Shown: piece after piece, positions 14,972 to 26,335 of the stretch
How the letters are laid out: every line of letters starts with the position of its first letter
Numbering within the stretch: position 1 is the stretch's first letter
Origin: Octopus vulgaris
Taxonomy: Eukaryota
DNA: 64,000 bases
Direction: 5' to 3'
Assembly (NCBI GenBank): GCA_951406725.2
Contig: OX597815.1
Span: 88,970,001 to 89,034,000 of the forward strand
Position numbers and translations under genes: made by a program
The notes under the pieces: generated by a model
What the model was told of the DNA's origin: nothing
What the model saw: only the letters and a program-made list of their open reading frames with translations
The model's database searches: none

Positions 14972-15029
14972 ATGACTGTCTTAGTCTATCTCATTGTGCA
15001 TGGCTGTCTTAGTCTATCTCATTGTGCAT
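14972..15029. repeat. 28-bp tandem duplication
   Basis: ATGRCTGTCTTAGTCTATCTCATTGTGC occurs twice in tandem. Confidence 0.9.
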
Positions 15030-17619
15030 AGATACTATGATTGGTGAAAAGAGGAGTAGATGATGGAGATAGGATACCTGGTATCCATATACGAAACTAA
15101 CAGTTCGTATCAAGTCAGTGCACTGCATTGTGCCATTGGAGAAAATATTTTAAAAGTCTAGAGCAGCTAGAGACAGGTTCTATTGCTGTAAGCAGCTGGA
15201 AGGGTTCTAAAACTGATGCACTTATTTGTCAACTTGCAGTACTGAGTACGATGATGCCAGTGAAAAAGCTACGTTAGAAATGCAGACGTTCAACCATGGC
15301 CTTATTGGCTCTGATCTGTAAAATACCTGAAGAATAAATCACTGAAAATAGACAGACGAGGACAATGATATGAGAAATTATTGTAGATATTACTGCATTA
15401 ACAAATAGGCACTCGCTAAATTATACATCTGCCATTAGTTCAAAATGAGTGATGATGGTGGGATTAGCGTCAATGAAGAGGAGACAAATGTAAGAATACT
15501 GAAGATTTTGTTCTTGCTTTTTGTCTATCAAACATTTATGCAAATATTTTTTCTCAAATGTGGGGAGGGGTAAACTGAACAATTTGCTGTTATATTTTAA
15601 ATACCCACATCTTGTGTGTAGGATGTGGTCATCAAGTAAAGTGTGGTGGCGTGGGGCTTGTATGGCGTCGCTGTGTGTGTGTGCGCGCGAGTGTGTGTAT
15701 GTGTGCGTGCGCGCGTGTGGTTTTAGAAGTTTATTATAATTTGTAAAATAAATTCCAATTCTTTGACACAATAATTGAACTTTTATATATTGTAATGTTG
15801 TACTATTTATGCATATTTAGTATATTTATATGTATCCAATATTGCATAACAGTATAATATCAACATCAACAATCGCTTAACTCAGACCACTGACTACAAA
15901 ATGCAACATTACCCCTATTAGCACGGGGATCGAGGATGTTTTAGTAGAATGTGTCATATCTTCTACTAACTGTTTTAGGTAACCATATATTGTAACATTG
16001 TTCAGGCATTGTCATCCGCTCTGTTATTTATAACTAAGAGAATTATACAATTCTGAGGTAAACATATATTTAGTACTGATGAAAGGAAATGAACGCTCGA
16101 CATTTGAATCCTACTTTGGTTCTTTATAAGTTTAGCTAACATTACTCTCTTCAAATTATATTACCAGGATTAATTATCGCACTTTTATTGACACAGATAT
16201 ATTAGGGGATTAAATGCTATATAGTGTCAAATTTGGTGTCTTACTTTATTGATTATAAAGTTTATTTCATGGTAGAGGGATGGATATATAACTATCAGTC
16301 ATTCGATTATTCTGACATAATTGGCATTATGCTGGAGAGAGCGATATGTATATTATTGGAACACAGTAAAGGAAGTTAATTACAATTGTTATGATATACA
16401 TTTCTTTTGTTTGATATGAACAAAGGGCCATGTAATATTGCTGAAAGAACTGGTGACGGAGTAATTGAAACGGTGAGAATATGACTAAATTCATCGTATT
16501 TAAGTTCATTCTCCAACTTATTCATTTGAAATCAAATCGAGATCGTACTTAAATTTCATCGTTTGAGGTTGATAAATAAGTGTCTGGTATATAGTTGGAG
16601 TTAATGGAATCGACACTCGCCTCCTTTACATATTTGTGACAATCTGCAGTTGTAAACTATGATTATAATAGCATGAATAAATGAGATGTTCATGACTTAT
16701 TAGAGAGGAAAAACGGTGAAAATGTTATCAATTGTCTACAAATTGAAATCTTAACCATGCTGCGAGATTGGCTCACCTGGAATTTATCACTATTGTATAA
16801 CGCTAGACAAAATTCATTGCAAAATTGCTTTCCAGATGTTCAAAACATAATTTGAGTATATTATCAGTTGGTTGTGTATGGAATACAAAATTTCTAAAAC
16901 ATATTACCATATTTTTTTATATAGATTAAGATCCCAATAACAAGTGCTGCAACAAACCAATATAAACATAAGCACAGTTACATAAGCATATACTTGTACA
17001 GAAAATATCTACCACTCACAAGCACACACAAAGAGATATGCATACAGACAAATATATACACCCATTCACACGCACAGACAGACTCACTCAGCACGCGCGC
17101 ACGCGCACACACACACACACACACATACACACAATTACAGAATCTAAATACAGAAATCACTTGAGACGAAATGTAAAATAAGTAAATTCTATTCTCAGAA
17201 CGATTTCGATAAGATGAAAATTAATCTTAAGAATATCATTATTCATTAGTCATGTTGTTCGAACTTATTTACGAAAGAATTCAGCGTTCAACATTATCAC
17301 AGACTTTTACAAAGAATTTTTTTTTTATGTATTTGTAAAATGTAAATAAATAAATGTTATTTCTTCTTGAAAATTATCAGGAACTATCTGCAGGTGATTT
17401 TTATTGAATAAATTATGATATATTTCAAAGTGAGCTGACAAACAGACTCTTCGTTCTGTTATAAGTCAATTCGCTGCACTTTGTGTCACGGTTAATATTT
17501 GAAGACCTCGAGAGCAAATCAGCTTTCAAGAACGAGACACATTCCAGCTTCGCTCGGGGTAGAATAAGAAGTCAAAACTGGAAGATAAAGGAAGCAGTAA
17601 TTAAATTACATTGTATACA

Positions 17620-17708
<89 letters not shown>

Positions 17709-17710
<2 letters not shown>

Positions 17711-18147
17711 TAGTTTTATTTTTATAGCGTGCTTTCACTTCACTACCGAGCGCAGCTCTGTGTGCCTTGGGTATGTGCTGTGATTTGTTGTGATGCTCTG
17801 ATGGTTATTGTATGGAAAGTGTTCTGCGTAGGATGTGTGCAGTGCCTAGTAGTGGAATTTTCTGTATGTTATATGTGTTTGTAAGTCCTGGTGTTTTTGT
17901 TATGTATTTGTCTGAATATTTTTTTATCATGTCTAATGCACCTACTATGATAGGAATTGTTTCTGTTTTCAGATTCCACATTCTAGTTACCTCTATTTCC
18001 AGGTCTTTGTATTATGAGAGTTTCTCCATTTCTTTTAGAGACACGTTGTCATCTGTCGGTATTGATACATCAATTAGAAAGCATTTTTTTCTTCGTGATC
18101 TCTGACAACTATATCTGGTCTGTTGGCCTTAATTTCTCTATCTGTGT

Positions 18148-18150
<3 letters not shown>
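17709..18150 (-). mobile_element. R4/Dong-clade retrotransposon 3' end (second family) inside (TAA)n
   Basis: Minus strand translates IHTDREIKANRPDIVVRDHEEK / CFLIDVSIPTDDNVSLKEMEKLS*YKDLEIEVTRMWNLKTETIPIIVGAL...IQKIPLLGTAHILRRTLSIQ*. (ATT)n lies on both sides (17621-17708, 18150-18299). Confidence 0.9.
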
Positions 18151-18200
<50 letters not shown>

Positions 18201-18213
18201 GCTGTTGTTGTTG

Positions 18214-18299
<86 letters not shown>

Positions 18300-18454
18300 T
18301 CGTTAGAGCTGAGTGCATTGGCAAGTTGTGGAAAGTGGGCAAGGACATAGCACTACAATTGTTCACAACCAATTTATTCCGAGTTCGATTTAACTGCATA
18401 ATGTCACGGGTTAAACACACATTTACACACACACATGCAAACACACACATATAC

Positions 18455-18660
18455 GTTCGAGTGTATCTTTGTGTCTGTGTTTGTCTCTCCTCACCGTTTG
18501 GCAACCACTGCTAGTTTGCTTACATCTTAGTAACTTAGCAGTTCGGCAAAACACCCTATACAATAAGTACAATGCTTTTAAAGAAGCTACTGGAGTCGTT
18601 TTATTCGAATAAAATTCCTCAAGGTGGTGATCCAGCATATCCACAGCTTAATGATTGATA
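18455..18660 (+). mobile_element. Old 3' half of SINE family B
   Basis: Similar to the 3' half of the 61250-61760 copy (GTAACTTAGCAGTTCGGCAAAA...AATAAGTAC...AAGGTGGTGATCCAGCAT). Confidence 0.65.
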
Positions 18661-18701
18661 CATACACACACACACACACATATATATACATACATATATG
18701 T

Positions 18702-19325
18702 ATTCTTTTATTTGTTTCAGATATTTGACTGCGGCCATGCTGGAGCACCGCCTTTAGTCGAGCAAATCGACACCAGAACTTATTATTTGTAAGTCTAGTA
18801 CTTATTTTATCGGTCTCTTTTGCGGAAACGCTAAGTTATGGGGATGTAGACACACCAGCATCTGTGACAAGCGATGGTTGGGGACAAGCACACAAACACA
18901 AATACACACACACATGTATGTATGTATTTATAATATATTAGGGAATAACAAGTATTCCAGATTATCAGGACCTTTACCATTTTACACTATACTAATGAAA
19001 TGTAAAAAGTATATTTTATAAGATTATTATTATTGGGATCTTTACCAAGTTGCGTATCTATTGGTAAAGATCCCAATAATAATAATAATGATAATAATAA
19101 TAATAATTATAGTAATAGTAATAATAATAATAATAATATATATATATATATAGTTGAAATTTACAGAAAAAGACGAAGACTGGTGTGTAAACAACAAACA
19201 GAAGTATTAGTTTAACTCTTGGGAAGGTGAGAATGTCTTTTACGTTTCGACCCTACGCTCAACTGAAAGAATCACGAGGAAATATACAGAGAGATAATAA
19301 AAGAAACTTTTAGAGCTACCGGTCA

Positions 19326-19379
<54 letters not shown>

Positions 19380-19552
19380 CATATATATATACGATGGACT
19401 TTCAGTTTGCGCCCTCCAGATCCACTCATGGCTTTGGCCGACCCGAGGCTATAGTAGAAGACACTTGCCGAAGGTGCCGCGCAGTGGGACTGAACCCGGA
19501 ACCGTGAGTTGGGGAAGCAAGCTTCTTACCACACAGCCACTCCCGTGCCTAC
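18702..19552 (-). mobile_element. tRNA-derived SINE family B, split by insertions in its internal microsatellite
   Basis: Head at 19390-19552 (minus GGCTGTGTGGTAAG...GGGTTCAGTCCC, A/B-box-like) and tail at 18702-18900 match the uninterrupted copy at 61250-61760. Confidence 0.8.
19152..19320 (-). mobile_element. Second copy of the 13358 Penelope-like fragment, hammerhead motif decayed
   Basis: Colinear similarity to 13358-13523 (GTTGAAATTTACAG...GTATTAGTTTAAC...CTTTTACGTTTCGA), flanked by (TA)n. Confidence 0.7.
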
Positions 19553-19844
19553 GTATGTATAAAATATCTTTTTTACTTGTATTAATCATTAGGCTGCGGA
19601 TATACTGGGGCACCGCCTAGAGGAATTTTATTCGAACGAATCGACCTCAGTAGCTTAATATATAATTATAATGAAGGGTACTGGGAAAAGTACCAGCATG
19701 CTAGAAATAGAAGTCAAAACGACTGTAAACCACCTAAATCACTCCATATACACTGGTGAATGCGAGAAAATGAGCAAAAATAGATTAGCGTACCTTTTGT
19801 CATTATAAATCACAAGTAAGAATATCGATCGCTTTCAGACCTTG

Positions 19845-19892
<48 letters not shown>

Positions 19893-19897
<5 letters not shown>

Positions 19898-20543
19898 AAT
19901 AACGAGGGAGATAAATTGAATATTAATTTAATTAATATCAATTAAAACCAGTATCCTAGCATATAAAAAATCTGAAAAATCAGAAAAAATCTCAATACAT
20001 GTGTGTATTTAGGTCTAAACCACTTGGTGGATAACAATACGCTAGAAGAAGATCACATACGATCTAACTACAAAGAAAGAATGTCTCCAGAGAAAAGTCA
20101 GCGAACACCAGGGCATAAGCGAGCAGAGCAGATGAAAATTATATAAAAATTAAGAATTAATCGTATACCGGTTTCGTCTATAATCGAATAAATAACTTAC
20201 GTAATCCTTCGTCCGCAGACTCGTCAGTACGATTGTTCCAAAATCAATATAATTTTCAAAACTAAACACTAGTTGTCCATATAAAACCAGACACGTGCTT
20301 AGTTCTACTGATTACATTGGGGTTATTTTCAAATGTCTAAGTTCTGGCGCGCTATTTTCCGGAAACAGTTCTGCAGCAAAAATTTTACTGCAGTTAATGT
20401 TGCTAATTAGAGAACATAATTATTCTAACATTTAAATGACGGGGGAGATAAATTGAATATCAATTTAATTAATATCAATTTAAAACCAGTAGCCTAGCAT
20501 ATAAAAAATATGGAAAAGCAAAAAAAAGTCAATACATATGTAT
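19893..20543 (-). mobile_element. Terminally redundant non-coding element (period ~537 bp) with hammerhead ribozyme, retrozyme/PLE-like
   Basis: ~110-bp direct repeats at 19893-20003 and 20430-20543, (TA)n on both flanks, internal HHR, no long ORF. Confidence 0.75.
20159..20234 (-). ncRNA. Type I hammerhead ribozyme with canonical core
   Basis: Minus strand: AATCGTA-CTGACGA-GTCT-(long loop)-AGAC-GAAACCGGTA-TACGATT. This gives a 7-bp stem I, CUGANGA/GAAA core, palindromic stem III ACCGGT and a GUA cleavage triplet. Confidence 0.85.
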
Positions 20544-20547
20544 ATAA

Positions 20548-20591
<44 letters not shown>

Positions 20592-20881
20592 TCACATATA
20601 TATACATGAGGCTAACCATTTACCCATCTTACCATGTGCATTTTCGATCAAACATTGCCACTGTAAATACAATTCTCGGAGTGCATGAAACAACTATAAG
20701 AATACAAGACATTTTGCTGAGGGTCTGAACAGAAGAGTAAACGTCTATGACGACAACAATACGAGCGAGCGTCTTGTGTATAGAAGTACACACACGCGCG
20801 CGCGCACACACACACGCACACACCCGTGTATATTGATGCTACATCTATTCTTCTCAAACTATTGTGTCCCTCGTCATCTAT

Positions 20882-21137
20882 GTGGAGGCACGTGGCTTCG
20901 TGGTTAGAGTGTCGGACTCAGGATCGGCGGATTGTGGTTTAGATTCCTGGACCGGGTGATGCATTGTGTTCTTGGGGAAAACACTTTATTTCACGTTACT
21001 CAAGTCCACTAAACTGGCAAAAGTGATTAATCCTGTGACGGACAGGTGTCCCGTCCAGGTGGGAAATTATACACCATGGAAACTGGGAAACCGGACCTTA
21101 TGAGTCAGCATGACTCGAGAAAGTAGCTTCACTTTTA
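20882..21137 (+). mobile_element. tRNA-derived SINE
   Basis: Head GGCACGTGGCTTCGTGGTTAGAGTG...GGTTTAGATTCCTGG (A/B-box-like), central CCTGTGACGGACAGGTGTCCCGTCCAGG motif and CTTCACTTTTA tail. Confidence 0.7.
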
Positions 21138-21643
21138 TTGAACTCTATGAACCTCTATGAATATATATATATTTTTTCCTTCTATTTTCTTTATTTTCCG
21201 CCTCTTACTCTATGTAATAATAATATTTTCCATTTCTTCTACTTTTATCTTGCAGCGCACATGCACACATTTACCCACATATATTCTTTTCTTTGGTTTA
21301 ACTTCTTTAACTACGTAACTCTCGCCCTCACAAGAATCTCTGTTTTCCAACATATGTATGTGTATCAGCTGTGGTGTGCGTCCTCAGGGATGTATGCATA
21401 AGCCTGCATGTGTGTCTGTACCTGTTTGCATGCTGACGATTTTTCAGCTCTTGCGTTTATTTCTCTACAAATAGATCGTCCTCTTCTGTCTCATAATAAT
21501 CACTCGACAACCACTTGTGAGTTGTCGAGTGATTGTTGTAAGATAGCCTGTCAACCATTACGATTAGGTCCATTCCTTTCCCTTTCTCACAGTATTGAAC
21601 ATCAACAAATAACCTATCCCATAGTTCACTTACCTCGAGCTTT

Positions 21644-21718
21644 GTTCACATGCATTAAGCTTGAAAAATAAGGGATCGTCGTTCACGTACATTAAGTTTG
21701 AAAAAATAAGGGATGGTC
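21644..21718. repeat. ~37-bp tandem duplication
   Basis: GTTCACATGCATTAAGCTTGAAAAATAAGGGATCGTC is followed by GTTCACGTACATTAAGTTTGAAAAAATAAGGGATGGTC. Confidence 0.85.
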
Positions 21719-22425
21719 ATTGCTGGAACGTCTTTCGTTGCAAGCTGGCTTCATCAGGATTTGGTACAGGATCACTTATGAAACAAGACAAACAAGCCCC
21801 AAACGATTTCAGACCCCGAACAAATGGAAGCAAGCAATATTTTAACTGATTTATGTATTTACAGGCACTTACCATGAATCATCATCACACAAGCGTTTGT
21901 AAAGGCCTCCCTCGCCGCCACCTTTGCCGCTTCACGCAGTCCACCATCACCTGCTGCCATTTTTGTATTCATCTGTTCATTAAACATACGCTAAAACTTT
22001 CCCGAGTTTCCTATTTTAACCTAACTACAACCACTTGCCTCAGTCCTGACTAAACCCTGTGGGAAAATAAAATATGTTTTGAGGGACTGAAAGATAATAC
22101 GTCATTCACCGTATCACTCTTTTTATTCACTTATGTACCATTAAAGTAAGAGTTCTAAAGTATAAAGAAAATATATTCGTAGGGAAATATTTCCTGATTT
22201 AGCACTTAAGACGCTGGGTAAAATGTACGGATATATTTATTACTTTGTTATATCAAACTGATTTTTGCTTATGACAGTTGCAACTGTATCACCAGCTAAG
22301 AGATATACTTGTAGTAGATTTTAGTTATTACCACTCAAATACAGACATAAATACATACATACAAGCATACATACATGTATATATATATATATACATACAT
22401 ACATACACATATACGTACATACATG

Positions 22426-22456
<31 letters not shown>

Positions 22457-22662
22457 GTGTGTGTAGTAATAACAATAATAATCCTTGTATGAAATTTTAG
22501 AATAGCTGTTATATGCATATTCAAAATACAAATATGAGTACATACATACATGCATACATATATGTATATATGTGTATATATATACATGCAAGTATGTATG
22601 TATATATATATGTATATGTATGTGTGTGTATGTGAATATACATGCATACATGCATACATACA

Positions 22663-22695
<33 letters not shown>

Positions 22696-22943
22696 TAGAA
22701 AATGTCATGTTTTACTCTGCTCAGACACATATGCTCTAAAAATTATTGGAATGTGCAAGATGCCAAACATAAACTGGAAATCAAATGTTTAATACTTGAC
22801 TGGAAGTGGGATATACATTGATTTACATGGAATTCTAAGCATTGGTTGCCTGTTATGTTATCCCATTCGAAATAGCAATTTTTTAAATGAATACAAACGT
22901 ACGTACGTATATGTATGTATGTTTATATGTATGTATGTATGTT

Positions 22944-22975
<32 letters not shown>

Positions 22976-22988
22976 TGTATGTATCAAT

Positions 22989-23079
<91 letters not shown>

Positions 23080-23739
23080 CCTACCTCTCTCTTCTTATCT
23101 ATCTGTTATCTTTTACTTGTTTGAGTTACTTGACCACGTCCCTGCTGGGATTTCTAGAGTTTAATTGAATAAATATGTGTATGTGCGTCTTTGTAGAAGA
23201 TTTGTATATGTATACAGATACTCACGCACATACACACATACACATACAATCACACACGCGCACACACCCAGACACAGACGCACGCATATTTATCTCTCTA
23301 TTCATTACTCATATATGAATTGCATTTAGGTATCTTTATATATGTATGCAGGACTGAATATATATGTGTGTACACGTGCGTGCCAGTACTTTTAATTTAT
23401 GGATAATATTCAACTAGTAAAAGCACTCAAGCCACATTAAAGTGGTATTTATGCAGTACATTAGTGGAATATGAAGAAGACATCGAGTTTCATGCTGAAA
23501 AGTTATTGTCAAATTTTGCTTTTACAGTAGTCAGGTTGCGTGCCTCCAGTCTTCAAAGCATAGTCGCATTCTTCCCACTGCATAGCCATGAGATCCACCA
23601 AAAGGAAAAGCGAGCTAGAACAAATTTTACGTTGCAGAAGTGGAGACAACTCCACCGATCAGAGTCTGAACATATCAGTTATTTACTCAATTAATATAAA
23701 AACGATCTAACATAAGTGGAGACATGTACACACACACAG

Positions 23740-23788
<49 letters not shown>

Positions 23789-24957
23789 CATATACGTTGA
23801 AATGGTCCTTGCAGAGATTTGTGCACTCTTACAAAAACGCTTGCGCACGCAGATATTCATACATTTATACACATACGTATATAAACACAAAGCCGAAAAT
23901 AAACATTCCTATGAATTTGTATATATTTCCTTGTTAACTTCGGTATAGAGGCTTGAGGCTACTATCACGAACTAGTCTTATTAGTGTGATAAATGACTGA
24001 AGAGACAAATCAAAAAAGAAAAAAATTAAAAATTCAATCAAAACAGGTGTTGAAAGATTCAGGGGAAATGTAAGTTAATAGCATTGTCAGTTTGATATAT
24101 TAAACTTATCGGAGTAAGGACAATTGGTGAAAATATCATTTCTCATTTTTAAATAACTCTCAGATTTCTCAAATTTGCGTAAGAATGTCTTTCATTCTTT
24201 TGTACAATGCCTTTATACTTTTGATTCATTCTGTTTGTTTTCAACCTTTAATTTGATGATGAAGTTAATCTCTTGGTCTTTTAGTTATCAGACGCCATTG
24301 TCCAGTGCGATATGATTCCTTTGTTTACATATCTAAAAGGATTAAATGTGGTCATAATAGCTTCCCTTCGTCTATAACTAATACTTTGTTTTAGAGTATT
24401 TGATATGGTTTGGTCAGAATAACTTCAACTTTATGCAGAAATGACTTGCTGATGCAGAAATATTCACACTTGTCTCATATATGAGGCATTTCTCATAGAA
24501 TAGATGTTTATGCTGTATGTATATTTATGCGAGACATTTGTTTTTTCTCTCTAGTTTCTTTTCTCCTTATCTATCTTTTCCGTCAAAAATGCGTACGCTC
24601 GATATGTTAACGACTTCTTCCAACTTTCCTGGACGTCAACATCCTTTTATCTTTATTTCGCGTCACGTTATTTTTAATGAACTATATATGTATGTGTGTG
24701 TAAGGGCGTGTGTTTCTGTGCGTCTGTGTGTTTATGTATACATATATGCGTGTGTGTATATGTACATATATGTACACATTTATGTGTGTATATGTGTGTG
24801 TATGTTTGTTTGTGTGTGTGTGTGTGTATGTGTATATGTATGCATTTATGCGTGTACATATATATAATTAATAATATCAGGGTAAGAAAAAATTTTGAAA
24901 TTCTTTACTACCAGTGGCCTAGCGTGTACAAAAAATATATAGAGATAGATGGTAAAT

Positions 24958-25157
24958 TATTTACATTATTTACATTATTTACATTCGATGTATATTTGTC
25001 ATCTTGTTTGTTGTTAACACAACGTTTCGGCTGATATACCCTCCAGCCTTTTTCAATTGTCTTGGGAAATTTCGAAACTGAGTTCTCATTCCTAACTCCG
25101 ATGGTGTTGTTGTTATTGTTGTTGTCATTGTTGTTGTTGTTGTTGTTATTGTTGTTG

Positions 25158-25231
<74 letters not shown>

Positions 25232-25290
25232 GTTATTGTTATTTTTATTGTTATTGTTATTGTTATTGTTAATATTATTATTATTATTAA

Positions 25291-25360
<70 letters not shown>

Positions 25361-25578
25361 GTTGTTCAGGTCACTGCTTGGAATCGAACTCGGAATATTG
25401 GAGTTAGTAACCCGCGCTCTGAACCACTACGCCATATGCCAGTGGGCATATGTCGTATTGGTTAAGAGCGCGGGCTCTTATCCACTACGCGGGATCCTAA
25501 CAAGATGAGGACAAATATCCGTCGAATGTAAATAATGTAAATAATGTACATAATTTCTCATCTCTTAAATATAGAACT
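24958..25578 (-). mobile_element. TSD-bounded fold-back element with tRNA-like Pol III head, (AAT/AAC)n spacer and hammerhead-like motif
   Basis: 13-bp TSD ATAGATGGTAAAT at 24945-24957 and 25579-25591. Minus-strand A box TGGCGTAGTGG and B box GAGTTCGATTCC lie in 25366-25440, an HHR-like motif at 25016-25061, and inverted arms are centred at 25441-25444 and at the outer ends. Confidence 0.75.
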
Positions 25579-25707
25579 ATAGATGGTAAATGTATTTATT
25601 TTTCATTCCCTTCGAAATTTATCCCTAATAGTGGTTTGGATTTTGGCTATTCCTTCTAGCGAGCTAGGTTTCCTATGATGGTTACCTCTTATGTGTTTAA
25701 ATGCACA

Positions 25708-25740
<33 letters not shown>

Positions 25741-25745
<5 letters not shown>

Positions 25746-26335
25746 CAATTTAGGAATGGCCTTAATAGGCCATTCGTCCACTAGAGAGAGCAGCCATAAC
25801 TCAAACCGCTAAGTAGTAGTAATTCAGAAATTAGGTGAAAATTTAAAAACGTTTACTCTAATTCATCTTTATACGATGCATCGTTTCGGTGTTTTTAATG
25901 ATAAAATTAGCTTAATTAAATTAAAATTAAGCTAATCTACCATGGGTTACACTTCATCAGTAAAGAAACCGGGGAGAGACTGATATACACGAGGCGTCTG
26001 TATCAATGCCTACGGAATATCTGTCTTAAAATTTTCAAGACAATCGTATTCGCGCCAACTTATCAGCAGTAAATATAAACTGCCGATTCAATCTCAGAAT
26101 TAGTCAGAAAATTATCAATTAATCAATTTAGGGTAGCAAAAAATTCAATAGAAGTTTATCGCTACCAGCGGCCTAGTGGGAAAGAGCAAATAGTCAAAGA
26201 CTAAATATATAAAAGTTAAACAATTTAGGAATGGCCTTAATAGGCCATTCGTCCACTAGAGAGAGCAGCCATAACTCAAACCGCTAAGTAGTAGTAATTC
26301 AGAAATTAGGTGAACGTTTTTAAATTTTCACCTAA
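25741..26335 (-). mobile_element. Terminally redundant non-coding element (period 475 bp) with hammerhead ribozyme, retrozyme/PLE-like
   Basis: Apparently identical 98-bp direct repeats at 25741-25838 and 26216-26313. A short inversion at 26314-26335 is the reverse complement of ~25831-25851. The element starts directly after (TA)n. Confidence 0.8.
25866..25966 (-). ncRNA. Type I hammerhead ribozyme
   Basis: Minus strand: TCTTTA-CTGATGA-AGTGT-(long loop with ATTAGCTTAATT hairpin)-ACACC-GAAACGATGCATCGTA-TAAAGA. 6-bp stem I, palindromic stem III ACGATGCATCGT, GUA triplet, A.C mismatch at the base of stem II. Confidence 0.8.

Noticed and set aside
23464-23694. ORF or exon candidate with acceptor-like TTTTGCTTTTACAG
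   Set aside because: No homology recognised and no clear donor site.
25366-25440. Functional tRNA gene
   Set aside because: A and B boxes are present, but the acceptor stem is not convincing and it sits inside a TSD-bounded mobile element. Other tRNA-like heads in the window are SINEs.
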